Positions 12,921 to 25,645 of a stretch of 64,000 bases of DNA are shown piece after piece (positions within the stretch are counted from its first letter, which is position 1; every line of letters starts with the position of its first letter). The notes beneath the pieces were generated by a model that was not told the origin of the DNA, ran no database searches, and saw only the letters and a list, made by a program, of their open reading frames with translations. Both the position numbers and the translations under genes were made by a program. The stretch spans positions 55,058,001 to 55,122,000 of the forward strand of contig NC_045707.1 in NCBI RefSeq assembly GCF_009834535.1, given 5' to 3'. The DNA is from Camelus ferus. Its lineage: Eukaryota.

Positions 12921-14169
12921 AATTTTTCTTCATTTCAACTTTCATTCACTTGAAATAAATTATTTATTCTCTTCATTTGAAATAATGACTGGGGAAGTGT
13001 CAAGATAATGAGTCAATTGTAACAAAAACTAACTGAAATAAACATTTTATTTTGAATTGTGTTGGAATATTTCAGATTCCATTCACTGTTTAATACATCG
13101 CCAAATTAATTCCAGATTTACAGAGGATAAGGGAGTTCATTAATTTAAAGTAATCGTAGCATTTTGAAAAGGTCTGATTAGTCTGGAAAGCCAATGAACA
13201 CAATGATACAAAAGATGTAGAAGTCTGTTTAATCTCAGAAGAAATTGAAAAAAAAAAGTTTAAACAAAGTGTGTGGCACTCCTCAAGTTTTTGTACCTGG
13301 ACTATGTGTGGGTTTCTCTTTATAAATCCAAATGAGAAAAGTTGTTCCTTATACATTTTGAGCTTAAAATTATATGCATGAATATAATCCTCAATGTTTT
13401 CACTGTATGCCTCAACATTTTTATTGTAAATTGCAGATTGCTTAAAATGTCCAACTTTTCATTTTTCAGAAAATATAAAAGCTTAAATAACCATATATGT
13501 AATGCCTGATTTTGGTTAGAGATTGAATTAGACCTGAATGGACACAAATATGAATAATGATTATAAGAAAGACCATAGAAAACTTACACTATTTTGAACT
13601 TGGTTTTGGATCTATTGAAATTTAAGTAAAAATAATTAAAAGTACAACTCCATTTATTTGGATCCATCATATTGCAGTTTATTAAAATCATAAAAGCCTC
13701 TATGCTGACAGTTATAGATATCTCAAAATGAAATAGGTTGTTTTGAGAGATAACAGTCTGTACAGAGATAATGAATTCTGTATTCATATTATAAAGGGTT
13801 TCTGTTAAAACAACTACACATACAGGGACAAAGAAAGACTCTGGTTATATTGATGTGTTTTTCACTGAATTTGCCATGTAAATGATTAAAAACACCAGCT
13901 TTACTATTTAGTCAATGTGTTTTTGATTTTATTTTTTATGTGTGTGAACATCAGCACAGAGTAATGATACTTTACCCAAAGAATGTATAATTTTGGTTGA
14001 AGAGTCTACTTAGTAATACCAAAGTTATTATTAAACCAAGAAGATTAAGATTGTGGCTTTTAGGTTGGTTTAAAAAATATTTCATGCTCACTTGTAGAAC
14101 CTTTCCTTTCCCACCCAGCCAAAATTAAATATATCCCTTTTTTTGTGCTCACAGAATATTTTACACATA

Positions 14170-14335
14170 TATATGTCCTATATAAGCATTGTATTGTAGT
14201 TATCCCTTTTGGTCTTTCCCACAAGAGTGTGGTCTCTCTAGGGCAGACAATGTACTGCTTGTCTATTTATCTTCTGGTCTTACCACATCCGCAGGCAGTT
14301 TGTGGATGCTCACTCAATAGGCAGTTACTTGATCT
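14170..14335 (+). mobile_element. L2 3' end
   Basis: 'tctctagggcagacaatgtactgcttgtctatttatcttctg...ggatgctcactcaata'. Confidence 0.55.
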
Positions 14336-14529
14336 CTCGATTAAAGTAAATATAGGATGATCTGTAGGTTCTCATTGTGTGTTTGTTGCAGCAGTGAATA
14401 TTTGTTTTTTTCATAAACTACTCACGGATTAGATGTGAATTTAAAAATAAATTAAAATGGAATAATTAAAATATTTCATTAAAAATAAAAAATTAATAAG
14501 CAACCAAAACCTTATATTAAGAATTACAA

Positions 14530-14794
14530 TTGGGGAGAAATTGGGAGTTCTAGATTTGCAGATACTAATGTACATAAAATAGATAAACAACAAGTTTATA
14601 CTGTATAGCACAGGGAACTATATTCAATATCTTGTAGTAACCTATGGTGAAAAGGAGTATGAAAATCAATTTATGTATGTTCCTATATGACTGAAGTATT
14701 GTGCTGTACACCAGAAATTGACACAACATTGTAAACTGACCATACTTCAATAAAAATGTATTTTAAAAAGTAGAATAAATTAACCCTTTTAAAA
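14530..14794 (+). mobile_element. young lineage-specific (camelid-type) L1 3' UTR, 5'-truncated
   Basis: 'aacaagtttatactgtatagcacagggaactatattcaatatcttgtagtaacc...ttcaataaaaa'; likely target-site duplication aagaattacaa (14519) / aagaattagaa (14795). Confidence 0.85.
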
Positions 14795-15624
14795 AAGAAT
14801 TAGAAATGTATATTATAATATTTTGAGATAAATTTAGAACATACCCTATTATAAACAGATGAAAAAACATGGTCAATGATCAAGTAACACCAATGTGGCT
14901 GTTAGAGCAAAAGAGTAAGTAACTGTTTTGAAATATTAATAAAATACACTTTGAAAGATTGTGTAGAAAATAGAATTTTTAAAAATTATCACAGATTAAA
15001 TGTACATATCTATTTTTAAACTAGGGATTACTGAGATCTAGGGAAGAGAAATGGGAAAATGTCTTGTTGCTAAACATTGGATTATATTCATTAATAATAC
15101 TTGGCGTTGGGTGTTGTCCTCTAGAATTAATACCAAGATACTGTTTATGATGATAAAACAAGGGAACTCAGTTTCCTTAGCCTCAGCAATGTAGGATGAC
15201 AGGTTTAAGTAGAGCAAATTCATGAGTTGTAATTCTGTGCTCAAGTCCTCTTCCGGATAGTTGCTATCATTCCCTCATCCAGAGTGGCTGTGTTTCTTGC
15301 GGCGAGGTCCCTGTATTTTCCTGCAAGCACGATACAGTTTTTGTATTTACTGCCACATAGCCTCCATCTCAGCTGCTTTCTGTTCTCACTTTCATTGCAG
15401 AATTTTTGAAAAAGTCTTCCTGGACGCAACTGTTGCTGAGCTGAATCAGGGAGAAGGGTGTGGAGGGCAGGTTGGGGATAGGAGTGGAGAACACAGACTA
15501 GTTGGAAATACCTGAAGAATTGTATCTATCTTCAAAAGTAAATGTTTATTAAATAAGAAATATAGTTTATAGAAATTTAAGTCAATATTTTTAATGTAGA
15601 ATTTTAAAAATGTTTTGGGGACTA

Positions 15625-16020
15625 TTTTATAATATATGAAAATACCAAGTCACTATGTTGAGCACCAGCAACTAACATTGTTGTAGGTCGATTATGCTTC
15701 AAAAAACAAACAAACTCATAGAAAAAAAGATAAGATTTGTGGTTACCAGAGGCAAAGAGTAGGGGAGAGGGAATTGGAAAGAGATAGTCAAAAGTTACTT
15801 CCAGCTTTAAGATAAATAAGTACCAGGGATGTAATGTATAACATGATGAATATAATTAACACTGTTGTATGTTAATATGAATGTTGTTAAGAGAGCAAAT
15901 CCTAAGAGTTCTCATCACAAAGGAAAACTGTTTTTTCTTTTGCTTTGGATGTATATGAGATTTGATGGATATTCACTAAATTTATTGTGATGATCATGTC
16001 ATGATATAAGTATGTCAGTG
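15625..16020 (+). mobile_element. laurasiatherian L1 3' UTR (L1MA9-like)
   Basis: 'gatttgtggttaccagaggc...gataaataagtaccagggatgtaatgtataacatg...aatcctaagagttctcatcacaa'. Confidence 0.85.
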
Positions 16021-17019
16021 AAACTGGAAGAAAACATAGAAACATTTTAGAAACACTTTAATAATATTTTTCAGTCTTCATGAACAAAATGTTAAATATC
16101 GAAAAGTAAGAAGTATATGTTTAAAATAGACATTATAAAACTTTGGCAAATGTGTGTGCAAGTATAACACAAACTTAGTGGAGAAAATATTATTAAGAGT
16201 CACTATGAGTTCATTGTACCAAACTCCTCATGATTGTTTTTTCTATTTTAAAAAATCTATTTTTTCACACTCCTACTGTGAACCATAATAGAGTGGTAGT
16301 TTATGTTTCACAGTTTTCGTTTCTGACTTCAAGTTTTTCTCATAGCTTTGTCCTACAGAGATTACCATACTCTCTAGAAATTGAGGTTGACACGTGTCCC
16401 ATTTTAGCCTCCAGTGTTTCTTTACTATCACAGATAATGTCAGTGACATTAAACTGATCCTTGCTATTCTACTCCAGCATCACTTTGCTGAGTTATAAAA
16501 AATGATTCTTCACTTACTAAGTTAAAAAAATATTTAAGAGTTATGAGTATAAATTGACCAGAGATCTCTAAAACTTTGCCCTTCTCCTGGTGCAAATTTG
16601 TAACAAATGATCTATAAAATGCATCTATAAGGGGGATGGAGTATCAATATTCAAAATAAGGAATGAGAATATTTGTTAGATACAGATTTAAGTAAACTAC
16701 GGAAGTCTCATGGTTTCCAGTCTGTATTTCTCTCCACCCACCCAATGGAGGACAACATGCAAATTAAGTAATTGACAGACATCCCATAAAGTGCAGAAGT
16801 AAGAAAATGTTGACTCATTTTTGGCAATACTATTATAGGTGAAAGAACACCTATGCAAATACTGTATAGCAAGAGAGATAAAAACATGGTGAAGGGCTTT
16901 CAAAAATTCTGGTTGAATTTTTGATTAACTGTCTTGGAACCAATTACTAACAAGGATCGTTATGACTTTCTTCTGACTTAATGATGCCTTTGCCATGAGA
17001 AGCAAGCATTGTCTTATAT

Positions 17020-17135
17020 ACTAGTGGAGAAGATAAAGCATTGGTTATGAATCCAGGCAAGTCTGGGTTCAATTCCTAGCTCTGTGACACTGCTCAAGTC
17101 ATTTGCCTCAATTTCTTAATGCACTCTGATAAATG
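17020..17135 (+). mobile_element. MIR SINE fragment
   Basis: 'tctgggttcaattcctagctctgtgacactgctcaagtcatttgcctcaatttc'. Confidence 0.65.
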
Positions 17136-17147
17136 TAGAAAACAATG

Positions 17148-18285
17148 TGGGAAACAAAAGCAAACATTTTTTAAATAGGACTGCATCAAACTAAAAAATT
17201 TGCACATTGAAAGAAACTACCAACAAAATGAAAAGCCTACTGAATGGGAGAAGATACTTGCAAATCATATATCCAATGATGGGTTAATATCCAAAATACA
17301 CAAAGAACTCATACAACTTAACATAAAAAATAAATCCACAATTAAAAGATGAGCAGAGAACCTGAATAGACATTTACCCAGAGAAGACATGGAGATGCCC
17401 AACAGACATCTAAAAGATGCTCAGCATTCCCAATCATCAGAGAAATGCAAATCAAAACCACAGTGAGATACCACCTCACACCTGTCAGAATGGCTGTCAT
17501 TAAAAAGACAATAAATAACAAGAGTTGGCAAGGATGTGGAGTAAAGGGAACTCTCATGCACTATTGGCGGGACTGTAAATTGGTACAGCCCCTATGGAAA
17601 ACAATGTGGAAGTTACTGTAAAAATTCAAAATAAACTCCCATGCAATCCAGAAATTCCACTTCTGTGTATTTATCTAAAGAAAACAAAAACACTAATTAG
17701 AAAAGACAAATGCACATCAATATTCATTGTGGCATTATTTATAATAGCCAATATATGAAAGCAACTTAAGTACCCATGAATAGATGAATGGAGAAATTAA
17801 ATACTGTATATATAAACAGTAGAATACTGGTCAGCCATTAAAAATGAAATATTGTCATTTGTGACAATATGGATGGATTTAAAGGGTATCATGCTAAGTA
17901 AATATGTCAGACATAGAAAGACAAATACCTTTTGATCTCACTTATAGGTAGGATCTAAAAAAATAAAACAAATAAAACAAAATGCAAGCAGACACATAGT
18001 TACGGAGAACAAATAGCTGGTTGCCAGAGGGGAAGGGTGTTGGAGGGATAGAGTAGGTATTGGGGATTACGAGGTGCAAACTTCCATTTATAAAATAAAT
18101 AAGCCATGGAGATGTAATATACAGCATAGGAAATATCATCAATAATAATGAAATAACTTTGTATGGGAACAGAGGATTTTCAGACTTACTCTGGTGATGA
18201 TTTCATAATGTATTTAAATGTCAAATCACTATGTAGTACACCTGAAACCAGCATAATATTGTATGTAAATTTTATTTCAACAAAG
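17148..18285 (+). mobile_element. L1 (L1MA-type) ORF2 C-terminus and 3' UTR, decayed
   Basis: Canonical 'gaaatgcaaatcaaaaccacagtgagataccacctcacacctgtcagaatggct'; multiple frameshifts and stops. Confidence 0.92.
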
Positions 18286-18352
18286 ACGTTATGACTTCAG
18301 TTTAAAACTACATATGTTAAAATAATTAGATTAATTTTGTGTATCCTTAGAT

Positions 18353-18571
18353 CACTGTTTTTCAGCTTTGGGACAGTTAACAATTTGGGTCAAATAATTC
18401 TTTGTTGTGGTTTGCACTGTTTATCATCGGATGTTTAGCAGCATCCATGGCCTCTACCCACTAGACACCAGTAGCACTCATCCTCCCCAGTGGTAACAAC
18501 CACAATATCTCTAAGCATTGCTAAATGTCCTTTGATCAGCACAGTTGCCCCCCATTGAGAGTCAAGAACTG
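18353..18571 (-). mobile_element. MER20 (hAT-Charlie MITE)
   Basis: 'gatgtttagcagcatccatggcctctacccactaga' is the reverse complement of the MER20 core; length about 220 bp. Confidence 0.88.
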
Positions 18572-19694
18572 AGATCAGTGTTTAGGAAATACAAAAGACA
18601 GATATCAGGTGAAAAGATTGGAAATCTCTTTCTTCTGAAATTTACATGCATGGTGTTTTATAATAACAGGATTACAGTTGAAAGTTGCTATGAGTTTATT
18701 CAGTACAACTTAATTTGATAATGAAATCACCTGTACATGTAGCCCACAGATGTTATATCCCAACTCATTCTTGAAAAAATTTGGCAGATAGGCTAGTTTT
18801 TTTTTTTTCTACTTTTCCTGCTAATCTAGAAGTTAGCTAACAATTGGAATAACTGAACAAAGGAAGTGTTTGACTCATGTAGGCTTGTATTGGAAACATG
18901 CAGAGAATCTGAGTGGACATCTCAGTGGAAGGTTGGATGTAAGGCATTCCTGCATTAAATAAAATGACAAACTCTTAACAACTGTAATTTTGCACATCTA
19001 ATAAAAGTGATTTTATTGCTTACATATGCAATTATTAAACAGCCAAATTGTTTCCTACCATTCCATATGAAGCCAAATTGTTGCCTACCAGTTCACATGA
19101 AGATGTTGCAAGCCACTTCCACGTGAAGATGTTGAGTCCCGTTGCTGACTTCAGTCAGCCTGGATGGCACCTTTCACTTGACAGGCAACTTGCCATGACT
19201 CACTCAGCACTTCCATAAGTTCAATAAATACAAAGTGAAAATTGGTAAGAAAGAAAGTGTTCGTATGGTCTCCAGATGCAATTTTGCTACTATAGAGCCA
19301 CTAATATAATCCAGGTTCAGCCAATTTAACCTGGAAGACACCCAGACAATATGGAAACATTGACTCTGTTAACAGGTAAAATCAGCTCAGAGTCTCTGAA
19401 ACCATACCACACACACAAAGTTTCTACTTAACAGATATCATTGATTTTACTATTATGTTCTTAGAGATTCTGAGATCACATGAGCTCTAGTTTTCTTGCC
19501 AATATTATTTTCAGCAAGTTCCATGATCCATCATAGTTAAACATGGGGAACTTATCAAGTAGCTGCCATAAACCCGTCAAAGTCTAATTCAACAGTAGTC
19601 TCCAATGTCATTCATTCAGTCATGTATTCACTTACTGGTCACAGGATTTTGTGTATAAATTCTCCTGTGGGTAATCTTTACCATCATGTTATTT

Positions 19695-19820
19695 GTAGAT
19701 ATAGATACAAATATATAGATATAGATACATAATTCTATATATTCCTACAGATACTGATCTTTAGGTAGATGATAGATGGATGGATGGATAGATAGATAGA
19801 TGATAGACAGATTAGAAAGA
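19695..19820. repeat. (GATA)n/(GGAT)n/(TAGA)n simple repeats
   Basis: Visible tetranucleotide runs. Confidence 0.8.
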
Positions 19821-21341
19821 TGTGAGAAATAGATTGAAAAGGAGAATCAGGGAAATACATTTTGGAAAAATAGAAAAATTTGATGTTTTTGTTTGTTGTG
19901 TTTCAAATGGGAGTTATGGAGCAATGAAAGAACATGTTGTGAAAATTAATGACCTGCCCACTAAGACTCTGGCAGGATTAATTGGTCCAAGATGTGATAA
20001 AAGGGATGGTTTGAAAAAAATTTTCTTCAGTGGAAACTGACTAATGAAAACAAACCAAATATTGAGGGCTGCTTTGCAAATAATTTGGTAAATGATTGGC
20101 ATTTGCTATCTTTGTCCAGGTAATTAAGATGGGAGTGTCTGAGGCTATATGACAAAATGGCAGCAAAGAAATGTGTAATTTTTTAATTTTTTAATTTTTT
20201 ATGTGATGTGAACAGAATGATGTAAAAATCTCAAGCATTATCATATCTGATTTTGCAACATCAGGATGTATTAATTATTCTTTTGATTAATTTTTTAAAA
20301 TTGATTTTTATTTTTCCATGAAACTACCTTGTACAATCTTACATGTCTTCTAGTTACAGGGGCCTCTCCATCCTGCTTTGTATAATGAATTCTTACGTTC
20401 CCTCAATTTTTCTCAATGCAAATAGACCAAAATTAAAATTATTTATGTAATAGATGTATTCATGAGTAGTACACTCTGTTTTAGTAAACCATGTATGCAC
20501 ACTATAAACTGGATTAATGAAAAGAAACTCCATTTTAAAAATGAGAACAAGAGGCTTTCAAACAGTTTAACTCACATGAAAAATGGTAAGCCCTTTTCTC
20601 TCTTTTATGTTCTGTGGTCACTCATTGAAAGTTGATTCCCGGAGATGAGTATTGCTGAGTACCAGAGGTATCAAGTGTGTGGATGAAATAGAATAAATAA
20701 ATTACTATTACAGGGAGGCAGTTCAAAATGTCTGGTTACTATGGATATTGCATTTTCGTAAATGAACACTGCACTGTTTTCCTCATAAGATAGGAAGGCT
20801 CATCATGTGAATATACTTCAGAGAGTACCATAAAGTCACCTACTGGTTAATCTATATGAAAACTCTGTGTGATGGTTGAATATTTCCAGAGTTGTCATGG
20901 AGAAGCTGAGAGGCAGACAGAAAATCAATGCCAGAGTAAAAATTGTATGTTTAATGTTTTGTATTCCTGAATGTGCTCAGAACACTACTCTGATTTTTCT
21001 AATACAATTATTTATATTAATAAAGGTAATCAATATGCCAGGCACATTGCATATACATCTCATGTATTCTTCCTAAAAATACAGAAAAATATTTATTATC
21101 AATATTTTAAATGAATTGAACCTGTCCACAAGCTAATGTAGAGCTAATTTCAAATACAACTCCCTTAAACTACAAATTTCAGGTTCTTTCCAAAATACTA
21201 GATACCTTTCATTATGTATTGAAAAAGTGCAGTTTTGTGCATCAGATTACATAAAATATATCAATAGTATTAATCTTTGATAAAATTTTTCAAAGTTACC
21301 ACACAGTATCTTGAACATACTAGAATGATTTGTCTATTGTC

Positions 21342-21446
<105 letters not shown>

Positions 21447-22669
21447 TTGTCATTGTTTTGAATAGTAGAAATAGGAAGAATTAGAAATATGAAGCCATTA
21501 TCATTAGTATTATTTCTGTCCTTAAGTAAGGAGATACATATCATCTCTATATTATCATAATCAAATTATTTTAAAATAGATTTCTAACTCACAGTTTTTT
21601 CAGAATGTATTTGAGCAAATGGAGGTAATAAAAAATGTAAAAAATAACATTTTTGGAAAAATAAAAAATAATTGATAAAAATCAATGAGAATAATATTAA
21701 CCTCATGACCTGGCATCGTTACTTTTTCAAGTAAGTTTTCTCTTTAAACAGAATTTTAGGGTTTATAAATCTTTAAGTTTCATTATTTTATATAAGGAAA
21801 CTAAACATTGTCAGGGATTTGGGGGATTACAAACTTACTGACAGAAACAAAGAACTGTGACTGAACTGGAGTTTAGATAAAAAGTTAACTTTTAAGTTCC
21901 TACAAGAAGGAAAACCAAACCAAAAGTGATGGCAAAGACGTTTCCCTTGTCATTGAAAATATGAATTATTGTTTTCCAAGGGGGAAGGTAAAATGTTACT
22001 GTGGCTTACAAAACCGAGAACTTTTATGAAAACATGATTTCACCCTAGAATATTTACTTAGATTTGAGTAATATCTATCTATAATTCATATTCATCTAAC
22101 TTTGTAATTTCAGTTGCAGAGTATCACTTTACCTTGGTAACTGCTATTCTTAACACCACAAATACTTTTTATATAGAGATGTTGTTACAGTTAGGAATAA
22201 TTTTGATTTCTTAAAATTGTTTTAGGAGTTTTCGGCAGCTGAGTCTTTCTGCAATCTCCCAAGCTTTTCCACTTTTTCCTTTTTGATTGCTAGTTTAATG
22301 AAATTGAGACTGAAAGTTAGGAAGACTTATCATAGTATTTCAGTATTGTATTCATAGTCTCTGAAACTAGAAGCTATGGTATTAATGAATCTAAAGGCAA
22401 ATTAACAGCCCAATTCCCAAGAGTCAATATTGATAAGATCAAGTATACTGGCTCTGGCAGCTATAGCAGCAGCATAACAGATGTGCTCAATTATCAAACT
22501 CTATGGTCTACTCCCAAATGAACTTGTGCTTGGTGAAATGTGAATGATCATCTCAACATTTTAGCCAGCAGACATAAGGAATATGCTTTTCAGGAAAAAG
22601 CAAAATAAAGCAAGCAAAATAATAGTAAGTATCAACTTCAATAACAGAATAGATTCTGTTAATCTATTC

Positions 22670-23670
22670 ATAAATTTTTGTAAACATGGCAAATTTTAAT
22701 GACAAATGAAAAAGCAAGAAAATGGAACTCATAATCAAAACAAATAAATCTAGAACCACTGATGACTCAGACAATTGAATTAGCAGATCATCATCTAGAA
22801 TAAAATGTGAAAATAATGACCAAACAGATAGAGAATAGCTTCAGAGAACTGAAAATGAATTTATAATGATAATTATATGTAACTACACATTTGTTCAAAC
22901 TCATAGAATTTACAGCACCAAGAGTGAACCCTAAGGTAAACTATAGAATTTGGCTGATTATGATATGTCAATTTAAGTTCATCCTTGGTAAAAACCAAAA
23001 AGCAAACAACAAACAAACAAACAAACAAAACTATGCCATTCTGGTGAATATGTTGATAATGGGGAAAACTATATAATGTGTGGAGGCAGTAGATATATGG
23101 GGAATCTCTGCATCTCAATTTTGTTGTAAACCTAAAGGTGCTTCTTAGAAATGTCTTTAAAAAACAAACACATAACACGTCGAAAATCAAATTAAAATCC
23201 TAGAACTGAATAATTTGGGACTAAGGATTACTGAATTTAAACAGTTGTAAATGACTTGAAGTCTAAAATACAGTTCATTCTAGAACAAATGTAAGAAAAT
23301 AGAACAGGAAAACGATATTAAAAAAAATGGCCAAAATCTTCCATAAAAATCTCTCAATCTGCATATCATAGGACTGCAGAAAATCCCAAGCAGGGTAAAT
23401 ATGATAAAATGACACCTAGACATTTTGAAGTAATTGCTGAAAGCCAAAAATAAACAGGAAAATCATGAAAGCTACCAGAAATTAAAGACCTTTAACAGAT
23501 GGGGAACAATTATAAGAATGATACCTGAATTCTTGTCAGGAGTAGTGCATACTGGAAGATAGTGGAAGGCATTTTTAAAGTAGTTTGAAAAAAATAAAAC
23601 AAATCAAAAGAAAACACTGTCTAACTTAGAATTTCTAACCAAGCTAAAAAGTACTTCAGAAAACAAGATA
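22670..23670 (+). mobile_element. old L1 ORF1-region remnant hosting a nested L1MC 3' end
   Basis: 'cagacaattgaattagcaga', 'aaatcccaagcagggtaaat...acacctagacat', 'gaatgatacctgaattcttgtcag'. Confidence 0.75.
22872..23165 (+). mobile_element. L1MC-type 3' end nested in the older L1
   Basis: 'cacatttgttcaaactcatagaatttacagcaccaagagtgaaccctaaggtaaactat' through 'ttgttgtaaacctaaa'. Confidence 0.88.
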
Positions 23671-23674
23671 AGAT

Positions 23675-23960
23675 TCATGTCTGACTGGTGGTTGATCTTT
23701 TATCATTATTCAGTGTCCCTCTATTCTAGTAATTTTCTTTTCTCTAATGTCTATTTTATCAGATATTAGTATAGCCACTTCTTTTTTAAATTAATGTTTT
23801 CATGGTATATCTTTTCCCATGTCTTTCCTTTCAACATACCGATGTTGTTGAATATAAGGTATATCGTTCATATTCACATAGTTGGGTAATTTTTAATCTA
23901 CTTTGTCAATCTCTCTTTTTGAATGATATTTAGATTAAATGGCACCACTTAATATTGATA
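23675..23960 (-). mobile_element. L1 ORF2 endonuclease-region fragment, antisense
   Basis: 'ttgatctttatcattattcagtgtccctct...ttatcagatattagtatagccact...catggtatatcttttccca'. Confidence 0.75.
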
Positions 23961-25329
23961 TAAGTGTTAGTTATTTCTGTAGGTTGACAGATAAAAGAAG
24001 TTATATGCAAAAAATTCAGTGACTCACCCAAAATGATACAGACAGGATCAAAATTAGAATATGATCAATACCTTCTGACTCAACTCCAAGTGAAACAATT
24101 TCTAGTTTCTTCTTACACATAATACTTAACACTAGTAAGAATATACATTAATATAAATTTTATTAATTCTAAGGATTCTACACAAACATACAGTTAATAG
24201 TCAGCTCTTCTCACACTAGTATATAAGCACAGTTCCAAAGTCAAGACCAATAGTTTTTGAGTCGTCTTTAAGGGTATAAAAATTAACTTTTTGTATAATT
24301 CTAGATACTACTTTCACATCAATCTTACAGAGACTGACATGTTCTTTGAGTACAAACACTTTCTAAGGGTTACTTAAATTAGTGTTTCTGAACACTACTA
24401 TGTATAGGATGTAGGTGATTCTTTTCAATTTCCAGAAACAAGTCACTGTAATTTTAATACCTTTTTCAGAGATGTACTTTTATTATTACTTTAACTGATT
24501 TTTGAGTCCCATAGTAATTGCAGTAAGACTTTTAAAACCATCCATAATCTTTTACCTTAGCTTTTAGAGTTTCCTACCACAAGTTAACAACACATATCAG
24601 GTGTGTAAGAGCAATAACACAACAGTCACACAACCACAAGAAAGCATAATCAGATTATTTTTTATAGTTATACAAATCATATGTCCTGTGCAGTAAACAT
24701 AAAGTGAAGTACATAAAACAATCCTATTAGAGACATAATGACAAATGTAAATGATGATGTATTTACGTTGAAGATAAAATACTTTTAAGTGGCCTGCAGT
24801 CCTGTGTTAATTTTCTGAGTTAAAACTATACTAATATAATTAATATAGACATTTAGACCCTCTAAATGTTAAATGTGGCCACCATTGGGGGAAAAATCTT
24901 ACATCTACCCATAATAGTAGCATAATTTAGAAAATGAATGATAACAATTAAAATTTTGCAAATTGGATAAGCTCTATTATTTGATAATAAATTTATTTAA
25001 CTGTACAAACCCACTTGGTACAAACATTTTAACTGAAGAACTTGGACATTTAAATTTTTTAAATATTTATTTACAAAAATAAAAAATATACAATAATTTT
25101 CCTTAAAAAGATACAATAATTTTCCTTAGTAAGAATGCATAATGAGAATAATTATACATATATAGCGTGGCTATACATCTCCTCTTTGGAAAGTATATGG
25201 AACAGTTTTGAAAATAAACAGAATACCTGTGAGTTACCACAATTAGAAACTAGAAACACTAACATTTAAGACTTTTCCTAAAAGATATAAAATGTTTTGT
25301 TAACAAATGACTTACTGGATTAGAAAAGA

Positions 25330-25645
25330 GAGGCTACCTAATGTAGTGGTTAGAGGTTCAATTTCTGGAATCGGATAGCCTGAGTTCAAGTAATTGCTCT
25401 TCTACTCACTAAGTCTGTGACCTTGGATTACTTACTTCATTTTCCTGTGTTGTTTCCTCATCTGTGATATACGTTTAAAATTACAAAATCATTTTTGTGT
25501 TATTTCTATATTCCATTTCAATTTCTATATTCTAAATCATAGTACAATAATTTCTAACATATCTCACAAGGCTATTGGAGCATTTCTGGAGATAATATAC
25601 ATATTCACTTAGCCTGCTTCTTGTGGTTTGTAAACTCTATATAGT
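25330..25645 (+). mobile_element. MIR SINE with an internal AT-rich insertion
   Basis: 'gtagtggttagagg...tctggaatcggatagcctgagttcaa...ctgtgaccttgga...tttcctcatctgt'. Confidence 0.85.

Noticed and set aside
17342..17557. 71-aa [17 protein letters not shown]...
   Set aside because: Antisense translation of L1 ORF2-end sequence, a frequent false gene prediction
22090..22145. Branchpoint CTAAC, AG and GTAACT micro-exon pattern (23 nt)
   Set aside because: Branchpoint very close to the AG, short pyrimidine tract, not frame-preserving; expected by chance
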